DNA of 40,644 nt from Candidatus Omnitrophota bacterium (lineage in GTDB: Bacteria; Ratteibacteria; UBA8468; MWAK01): contig JAZDPL010000090.1 in NCBI GenBank assembly GCA_043797665.1, positions 1-40,644 on the forward strand, given 5' to 3'. Numbering within the stretch: position 1 is the first letter of the stretch; every line of letters begins with the position of its first letter. Below, piece by piece: positions 34,694-40,644 of the stretch. Under the pieces are notes generated by a model. It was not told where the DNA came from, searched no databases, and saw nothing but the letters and a program-made list of their open reading frames with translations. Position numbers and translations under genes: made by a program.

Positions 34694-34913
34694 AAAATTT
34701 GTGGTTTTCCGGGCGCGGAGATGCCGTTTTTGCGAAGCCGGCGTTATTGATATTGACTACAAAGACAGCGGATTCTTAAGGCGGTTTCTTTCCGCTCGCG
34801 GAAAGATACTGGCGGCCCGTTTTACGGGAAACTGCGCCAAGCACCAGCGCAAATTAGGTAACGCGGTTAAACGAGGCCGTTTTATGGGTCTTTTACCCTA
34901 CATGGTTCGGTGA
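34638..34913 (+). CDS. rpsR: 30S ribosomal protein S18
   Basis: [38 protein letters not shown]. Confidence 0.93.
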   Translation: MKKTADTNQRKKRKNKKDKKFVVFRARRCRFCEAGVIDIDYKDSGFLRRFLSARGKILAARFTGNCAKHQRKLGNAVKRGRFMGLLPYMVR

Positions 34914-34927
34914 CCGCGTTCCCCAGC

Positions 34928-34955
34928 TGTCATCCTGAGCGATAGCGAAGGATCT
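34928..34955 (+). repeat. TGTCA-type REP
   Basis: TGTCATCCTGAGCGATAGCGAAGGATCT. Confidence 0.8.
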
Positions 34956-34964
34956 ATCATTCCT

Positions 34965-35423
34965 ATGAAAGTAATCTTACGAACGGCGGTTCCTGGTTTA
35001 GGTCAGACCGGAGAAATAAAAGAAGTGGCTGACGGTTATGCCCGCAACTATCTCCTTCCCCGGCAGACGGCTTATAAGTCAACTCCGACTGCGGAAAAGA
35101 GAGTGGCTGAGGAACAGAAACTTAAAGCCAAAAAAGAGGAAAAAGAACACCGCGGAGCGCTGGAACTGGCTGCCAGGCTGAAAGATGTTTCGTTGACCAT
35201 TTCGGTTGCGGTGGGCGACCAGGAGCAGTTATACGGTTCGGTAAACGAACGGGATATTATCTCGGCTCTGTCTGCGGAATATCAGATAGATTTAGATCCG
35301 AAGGCGGTTAAGTTAGAGGAACCCATCAAACAGGTAGGGGTTTATCGTGTTCCGGTACGCGTTAGAGAAGGCGTGGAGAGCACGATAACCGTTTGGGTAG
35401 TTAAAGGGGTGGTTGCCGAATAA
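34965..35423 (+). CDS. rplI: 50S ribosomal protein L9
   Basis: MKVIL...V.GLG..GEI.EVADGYARNYLLP, LYGSV, PIK.VG.Y.V. Confidence 0.95.
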   Translation: MKVILRTAVPGLGQTGEIKEVADGYARNYLLPRQTAYKSTPTAEKRVAEEQKLKAKKEEKEHRGALELAARLKDVSLTISVAVGDQEQLYGSVNERDIISALSAEYQIDLDPKAVKLEEPIKQVGVYRVPVRVREGVESTITVWVVKGVVAE

Positions 35424-35433
35424 TAAAAAAGTG

Positions 35434-36786
35434 ATGGGCAACGCCAATCTTGAAATCCTGGAAGAACGAGTCCCTCCTCAAAACCTGGAAGCCGAGATGG
35501 CCCTTCTGGGTTCTATGCTCCTTTCCGAAGATGCCCGGCTTCAGGTGATTCAAGAGGTACGGCAGGAATATTTTTATAAGAAGGCAAACGGTCGTATCTT
35601 TGAAACCATCCTGAAACTTTTTGAAGAAAATCAGCCCTGTGATTTGGTGACCCTCACCGATGCTTTGAACCGGGAAGGAACGTTGAAAGAATTAGGTGGA
35701 CCCGCCTACTTAGCCGGTTTGATTGACCTGGTTCCTACCCCGGCCAACGTAGGACAATACCTGAAGATTGTCAAGGACCATTTCGTCCGGCGTTCGCTCA
35801 TCGAAAAATGTTCTGAAATTATCGGCAAGAGTTACCATCTTTCCGATAACGTGGATGATCTTCTGGACGAGTCCGAGCAGACTATCTTCCGCATCTCGGA
35901 AGGGCAGAAGAAAACAGAACTTATTTCAATCCGGGACCTGGTGCACCAGAACTTTGAGACGCTGACCAAACTCTATCAGCGCCACGAACATCTCACCGGA
36001 CTTCCCACCGGTCTGGAGAAATTAGATGAAATCACCAGCGGTCTGCAAAATGCAGACCTGATGGTCATCGCTTCCCGGCCCTCAATGGGCAAGACCTCAT
36101 TAGCCTGTTCCATTGCCCGGTATTTGGTGGTGGAGAAGAAAGTCCCGGTACTTATCTTCAGTCTGGAAATGAGTTGCGACCAGTTCGTTCAGCGGATGAT
36201 TTGTTCGGAAGCCCGGGTCAACCTGCGCAACTTGCGGAGCGGTTTTTTGCAGGAATCGGAATGGGCCCAACTTACCCTGGCAGCGGGTAAACTGAGTGAA
36301 GCGCCCCTTTACATTGACGATACGCCGGGTCTTTCTTCCTTAGATATTAGAGCCAAAGCGCGTCGGCTGGTTGCCCGGGAAGGCATCAAGATGGTCTTTG
36401 TGGATTATCTTCAATTAGTGCGCAGCCGGCGGAGGGCCGAGAACCGCCAGCAGGAAATCAGCGAGATTTCCGCGGACATGAAGAACCTGGCTAAAGAATT
36501 AAATATTCCGGTAGTATCCCTTTCCCAGTTATCCCGGGCCGTGGAAATGCGCACGGACCACCGGCCCCAGTTATCCGACCTGCGCGAAAGCGGTTCCATT
36601 GAGCAGGATGCGGACGTGGTTCTCCTGCTCCTGCGGGAGGAGCAGTACAATTCCACTCCGGAAAACGAAGGTCTGGCAGAACTGATTGTCGCTAAACAGC
36701 GTAATGGTCCCACCGGCTCTTTCAACCTTACTTTCATTAAAGAATACACCCGTTTTGAAAACTGGACCGGCCGCCAATCCCCGTAA
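35434..36786 (+). CDS. dnaB: Replicative DNA helicase DnaB
   Basis: PPQNLEAE..LLG, ASRPSMGKT, FSLEMS, VDYLQL, LSQLSR, RPQLSDLRESGSIEQDAD, AKQRNGPTG; no intein. Alternative TTG start at 35413. Confidence 0.96.
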   Translation: MGNANLEILEERVPPQNLEAEMALLGSMLLSEDARLQVIQEVRQEYFYKKANGRIFETILKLFEENQPCDLVTLTDALNREGTLKELGGPAYLAGLIDLVPTPANVGQYLKIVKDHFVRRSLIEKCSEIIGKSYHLSDNVDDLLDESEQTIFRISEGQKKTELISIRDLVHQNFETLTKLYQRHEHLTGLPTGLEKLDEITSGLQNADLMVIASRPSMGKTSLACSIARYLVVEKKVPVLIFSLEMSCDQFVQRMICSEARVNLRNLRSGFLQESEWAQLTLAAGKLSEAPLYIDDTPGLSSLDIRAKARRLVAREGIKMVFVDYLQLVRSRRRAENRQQEISEISADMKNLAKELNIPVVSLSQLSRAVEMRTDHRPQLSDLRESGSIEQDADVVLLLLREEQYNSTPENEGLAELIVAKQRNGPTGSFNLTFIKEYTRFENWTGRQSP

Positions 36787-36787
36787 A

Positions 36788-37492
36788 ATGGTAGCGGTAA
36801 TCTTAGCCGCCGCCGGTAAAGGCACCCGGTTAGGTTTTGAGGATGCAAAACCTTTCGTAAAACTGGCCGGTCGTCCTATTCTTACCTACAGTTTAGCCCT
36901 CTTTGAAAAAATTTCCGAAATCAATTCAGTCATTCTGGTTGTGGATGCGGACAAGGTTAAAGAAGCGAGGGTCCTGGTTTCCGGGAGCGGTTTTAAAAAA
37001 GTGGCGCAAATAATCCCGGGAGGCGCGGTTCGGCAGGAGTCGGTTTCCCGAGGATTGGCGGTCATTCCGCCAGAGACGAAGGTAGTCTTGGTCCACGACG
37101 CGGCCCGGCCCCTGGTTTCCCAAGAAAAAGTTGTAGAATTAATTGCCGCGGGCAGAAAAATGGCAACCATTCCCGCCTTACCGGTTTCCGACACCCTGAA
37201 AGAGGTAAAAGAAGGTAGGGTTATCAGAACAGCGGACCGCAGCCGTTTTTACGCGGTTCAAACCCCTCAGGCTTTTCCCCGGCAAGTTATCTGTACCGCT
37301 TACCGAAAAGCAAAAGAATCCGGTCTGCCGGGGACCGACGATGCTTGCCTCGTGGAATCAGCCGGTTTTCCGGTACAGGTGATTGCTGGCGAGCGGACCA
37401 ACATCAAGATTACCTATCCGGAAGACCTGCTCATTGCCGAAGCATTATTGCACATCTGTCATTCTGAGCGTAGCGAAGAATCTAATTGGTAG
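36788..37492 (+). CDS. ispD: 2-C-methyl-D-erythritol 4-phosphate cytidylyltransferase
   Basis: AAAGKGTR, GG..RQESV..GL, VHDAARP, QTPQAF, TDD, NIKITYPEDL. The C-terminal CHSERSEESNW is REP-derived. Confidence 0.93.
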   Translation: MVAVILAAAGKGTRLGFEDAKPFVKLAGRPILTYSLALFEKISEINSVILVVDADKVKEARVLVSGSGFKKVAQIIPGGAVRQESVSRGLAVIPPETKVVLVHDAARPLVSQEKVVELIAAGRKMATIPALPVSDTLKEVKEGRVIRTADRSRFYAVQTPQAFPRQVICTAYRKAKESGLPGTDDACLVESAGFPVQVIAGERTNIKITYPEDLLIAEALLHICHSERSEESNW

Positions 37493-37538
37493 TCGCAGGC
37501 GCCTGCCCCTGCATGCATTAGGCAGGGGTCAGCCTGCG
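37457..37538 (+). repeat. TGTCA REP (37457-37483) plus GTAGTCGC-type REP (37489-37538) carrying a nested 27-bp hairpin (37502-37528)
   Basis: TGTCATTCTGAGCGTAGCGAAGAATCT; GTAGTCGCAGGCG[CCTGCCCCTGCATGCATTAGGCAGGGG]TCAGCCTGCG. Confidence 0.75.
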
Positions 37539-37546
37539 CAATCCCG

Positions 37547-38347
37547 ATGACGAACATGAAAGCCAGTTATGTTGCCCGGTGGTTAGCCGGTCTGGTTAAA
37601 AATACCTACCCGGAGGACAGGCTATACTTAGAATTGGGTCCGGACGTAGCGGTTAAAGGTATCCTTGTCTGCTGGATGGCTAACGCAGGTGCGCGCCGGA
37701 CCGCCTTGGAACGAAGAGCCAACCTTATCATTGCCCACGAATCTCCTTACTACACCACCCCTAATTTTGACTCTGGATGTCCCCATCCGGATACCTGGCA
37801 GGTTAATGTGGCGATAAAAAAGTTCTACGCGGAAAACCGAATCGTTTTTATTCAGAGTCACCGGACCCTGGACAATTTCTGCATTCCGCGCCTTTTTGGA
37901 GAACACCTTGGTTTTCCTCCACCGGTAATCCATCAAGGTTATAAAGGTTATGAATTCACCCTGGTCTATGACCTTTTGCCCATACCCTTCGCGGAATTGG
38001 TGGCAAACCTGAAGAAGAGAATGAAACTCTCCCGGGTTCGGACCAGCCTTGGTAAACCGAATAAGATTATCCGGCGGGTGGGACTTGGTTGGGGAGGCGT
38101 AAGCCTTTCCAGTAACCTCCAGTATATGGAACTTCTCTTACAGAACAGGGTTGAGGTAGTAATTGGCGGCGAAGTAGATGAATACGCGATGGAATATTAC
38201 CGGGAATCAAGTATGGAATGGATAGAATTGGGCCATTACGCCAGCGAAATCATCGGCTTGGAAAAGGCAACGCAGGTTATCGCCCGGCAGTTCCCAGGTA
38301 TACCGGTCAGTTGTTATTATGACCCCGGCAAGATCATCTTTTACTGA
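37547..38347 (+). CDS. Nif3-like dinuclear metal centre protein
   Basis: VKGILVCWMA, NLIIAHE, SH..LD, VIGGE, LGHYASE..G match the NIF3 metal-ligand pattern. Confidence 0.7.
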   Translation: MTNMKASYVARWLAGLVKNTYPEDRLYLELGPDVAVKGILVCWMANAGARRTALERRANLIIAHESPYYTTPNFDSGCPHPDTWQVNVAIKKFYAENRIVFIQSHRTLDNFCIPRLFGEHLGFPPPVIHQGYKGYEFTLVYDLLPIPFAELVANLKKRMKLSRVRTSLGKPNKIIRRVGLGWGGVSLSSNLQYMELLLQNRVEVVIGGEVDEYAMEYYRESSMEWIELGHYASEIIGLEKATQVIARQFPGIPVSCYYDPGKIIFY

Positions 38348-38350
38348 TTT

Positions 38351-38377
38351 TGTCATTCTGAGCGTAGCGAAGAATCC
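38351..38377 (+). repeat. TGTCA-type REP
   Basis: TGTCATTCTGAGCGTAGCGAAGAATCC, identical to the 37457 copy over 26 nt. Confidence 0.8.
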
Positions 38378-38426
38378 GACATAAACAATCTTTTTAATCT
38401 GTTTCCGGCGGATACTCTGTGGAAAA

Positions 38427-38942
38427 TTAAAGATTAACAGTAAGAGTTACCGAAAAGTAGACGGATGAAAACCCGTTTTTTTCATAAATTTTTATGGCCG
38501 GAATATTGGTTACATCTGTGGCAACGTCAACCTTGTCAAAATTATTCTTTCTGAACCACTTCAGACCTTCTTTCACCAGGTTCTCTCCGATGCCGTGCCC
38601 CTGAAATGCAGGGTCCACGCCAACCCAATTGATGACGCCGTATTTCTTTTTGAATACGTCGCTTAATTTTTTATCCTGCCAGATAATGAGGAAGCCCGCT
38701 ACGCGTGAATCCTGGACGGCTATGAATGTATAGTGGTTTCCGTCGGTTGCCGCCCGGATGACATTTTCTGCCATAAGGCCATCAGTCGCTTTGGAATCAA
38801 GCCCTTTTTCCCAGTGGAACCGGTCAAGTCGCCAGGCCTTTTCAACAATATCCCTGATTGCCTGAAGATAACTTTCTTTAACGTTTTTGCCGCAATTGGT
38901 AATTTTCAGCGTAACCCCTTCGTCTTTTTTTGAAGCCATCAA
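38427..38942 (-). CDS. GNAT-family N-acetyltransferase
   Basis: VGVDPAFQGHGIG acetyl-CoA motif, NIPAIKIYEKNGF. Confidence 0.88.
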   Translation of the reverse strand: MMASKKDEGVTLKITNCGKNVKESYLQAIRDIVEKAWRLDRFHWEKGLDSKATDGLMAENVIRAATDGNHYTFIAVQDSRVAGFLIIWQDKKLSDVFKKKYGVINWVGVDPAFQGHGIGENLVKEGLKWFRKNNFDKVDVATDVTNIPAIKIYEKNGFSSVYFSVTLTVNL

Positions 38943-38953
38943 GTCCCCCCCCT

Positions 38954-40510
38954 TTATTTAATTTCCATGCCAAGGCCGATTCTGTTCAAATAGGCAGCCG
39001 CGGGCTCATTCCACCAGCCAACCGATGATTCCGCCGGGTTGTCCTTATCTGTATTTTCAATCTGGTCCCAGGAGGAGGTGTCAATCGGCGAGGTATAGCC
39101 GATGGTGAGGTTGACCACTTTCTTTTCAGTTTCAGCGGCTGCAAATGTAAGGGTGCCCTTTCCTTCGTTAAACCGGTAATCCAGGTTCAGCTCCTTGAAG
39201 TTTGGTTGGAAATTTAGAAATATAACCCGGTCTCCCTTCTGTCTGCCGTTGAAAAACAGGGACAATTTACTGTTCGCACCCGGCATTAAAGACAGACTTT
39301 GGGAAGCGGTACCGTCCTGCATCAGGTTGAGGTAGGTACCGCCGGCCGGTAGATAAGAAAGGTATTGCGGTGCCGGTCTGACATAAAATGGAATTTTGTA
39401 GGTGTACGGCGCTTTGCCCGACGTCTCCACCCTTAAGTTCAAAAGAGGGTCCTTATCGGTCATTTCCATAATTACGGATGTGGTATCTTCCGGTCCGCAG
39501 AGAAACTCATATTTCCAGCGGAACCTTTCCTGGAAGCGCTGGTCGTTGAAATCAGGCATTCCCTGCGGATATTTCTCCAGTTTCAGCGCGTCCGGGCTCG
39601 CCTTGCTCCACACCATCCACTGCTGTGTCCGCCAGTCCCAGAAGAATACCCCACCGTATTCCGCTATCACCGAATCGCTGATTTTTCCCTGCCCACCACC
39701 GGCGGCGACTGCGTAATAGCCGATTTTATTGATGTCACCTTCCTGTCCCCAACTGTCCAAGAATGAGGTACTGAAGAGTATTCTGCCTGTCTTGTCTTGT
39801 ATCGTTAGGTCGGTCATGTAACCGGCGGTTGCGCCGACGTTCTGGGTTACCTTGAAGAATGGGTTGCTCAAGGCGATAATCTCTTTTCTGGTTTCAGCGG
39901 CGCCCGTGCTGTACCGCCCTTTTGCGTCGAGCCAGAAACTGCCTCCCGAAGATACGTCCTTAATGGCCGGAAGGCCGGGAGACCCGGGCTTCCGTATCAA
40001 TCTTATTCCTTTTACATACACGGATTTGCTCTCACCCACTTCATAGACCGCAAGGTTAAAGGTCTTCTCCCCGTTCCACCCGGTTACTTCCTTAATGTTG
40101 CACGAATAAACGCCCGGCTTATCACCCTGAAGGTTTAGTCCGCCGAAAGGAAGGGCGAATAGGGACCAGCTTCCGCCCGGTTCCACTTTTGATACGTTTA
40201 TCTCTGCGCAGGGGTAATCGTCGAGATTGACGGTTATCGGCTTTGAGACGGCTTTTCCATAGGATGCCGTTCCGGTTTCCGTAATCCTGACCGCATCTTC
40301 CTCCCGGATTACGACAACATCCATCCCGTTCCAATTTTCTACCGAGGAGAAGTCTTCATTCCATGCTGCCTGTGCCGTCTCCGAGACCGCTTCATTCTGT
40401 GTTTTTGCAAATACCTTTTTCACCGGACCAGGATTTATCAGAAAAAGAAAAGCCGTTATTCCGGCAAAGATAAACAGCCGCTTCTTCAGCCAACTTTTTG
40501 TCCGGTTCAT
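38954..40510 (-). CDS. Uncharacterised secreted protein, possibly with an N-terminal carbohydrate-binding-like beta-sandwich
   Basis: Signal peptide from MNRTKSWLKK (ATG at 40510); W.EDF...W...VNLDDYP..EI beta-rich segment; no catalytic motif recognised. Confidence 0.6.
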   Translation of the reverse strand: MNRTKSWLKKRLFIFAGITAFLFLINPGPVKKVFAKTQNEAVSETAQAAWNEDFSSVENWNGMDVVVIREEDAVRITETGTASYGKAVSKPITVNLDDYPCAEINVSKVEPGGSWSLFALPFGGLNLQGDKPGVYSCNIKEVTGWNGEKTFNLAVYEVGESKSVYVKGIRLIRKPGSPGLPAIKDVSSGGSFWLDAKGRYSTGAAETRKEIIALSNPFFKVTQNVGATAGYMTDLTIQDKTGRILFSTSFLDSWGQEGDINKIGYYAVAAGGGQGKISDSVIAEYGGVFFWDWRTQQWMVWSKASPDALKLEKYPQGMPDFNDQRFQERFRWKYEFLCGPEDTTSVIMEMTDKDPLLNLRVETSGKAPYTYKIPFYVRPAPQYLSYLPAGGTYLNLMQDGTASQSLSLMPGANSKLSLFFNGRQKGDRVIFLNFQPNFKELNLDYRFNEGKGTLTFAAAETEKKVVNLTIGYTSPIDTSSWDQIENTDKDNPAESSVGWWNEPAAAYLNRIGLGMEIK

Positions 40511-40529
40511 GAAAAATAAACCCTGGATA

Positions 40530-40549
40530 CCCCGTGCGGCAGCACGGGG
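40530..40549. repeat. Perfect hairpin CCCCGTGC-GGCA-GCACGGGG
   Basis: Similar to 24560-24579, with a compensated stem change. Confidence 0.55.
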
Positions 40550-40590
40550 AGGAAAGGGTTTCCTTTTGGATCTGTTTTGCAATCAAAATT

Positions 40591-40640
40591 GTAGGGGTCG
40601 GATTTATCCGACCCGCGGGCTTGATAAATCAAGCCCCTAC
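40591..40640. repeat. GTAG REP doublet
   Basis: GTAGGGGTCGGATTTATCCGACCC-GC-GGGCTTGATAAATCAAGCCCCTAC. Confidence 0.9.
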
Positions 40641-40644
40641 CTTG

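Noticed and set aside
40511..40582. N-terminal extension of the last ORF (TTG start at 40582)
   Set aside because: It runs through a hairpin repeat, and the signal peptide begins at the ATG at 40510.
1..40644. tRNA, rRNA, prophage, integrase or reverse transcriptase genes
   Set aside because: No sequence or ORF with the relevant motifs was recognised; small structured RNAs could be missed without covariance searches.

Overview
This is a chromosomal window from a diderm bacterium (lptB and outer-membrane barrel genes are present), probably an anaerobe (CooC-type ATPase); the lineage cannot be fixed from sequence alone. The backbone is housekeeping: a divergent EF-G paralog, yebC-ruvC-ruvA...ruvB, lptB, uppS-dxr...rseP...ispG, recX-alaS, a sigma-70 factor, apt, rpsF-ssb-rpsR-rplI-dnaB and ispD. 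Envelope genes (CsgG/FlgO-like, LPP20/FlgP-like, SLH lipoprotein, FlgT-like, YdbH/YdbL-like) sit at the left end. The main unusual signal is a dense, layered set of short palindromic elements around a REP-associated tyrosine transposase (RAYT, 11213-11644). It includes about 28 GTAG-tagged REPs with compensated variable stems, paired as unlike doublets, and TGTCA-tagged REPs. An outer GTAAAT..CAGTGAA shell carries either REP type as cargo, 23-30 bp mini-hairpins are inserted inside other REPs, and several REPs are translated in frame inside proteins (CooC, IspG, IspD, a giant adhesin). Other notable items: (1) an FGE/C-type-lectin-fold gene whose 3' end resembles a DGR variable region, with no RT or template in the window; (2) a 1514-aa FG-GAP adhesin / CFI-box / beta-barrel fusion between ruvA and ruvB, with repeat-variable residues; (3) a defence island in which up to four consecutive genes (DUF4276-like, type III Mod, RhuM, Res) appear to keep their starts and ends but lack their middles. 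No rRNA, tRNA or CRISPR array was recognised. Family names come from motif recognition, not database searches.
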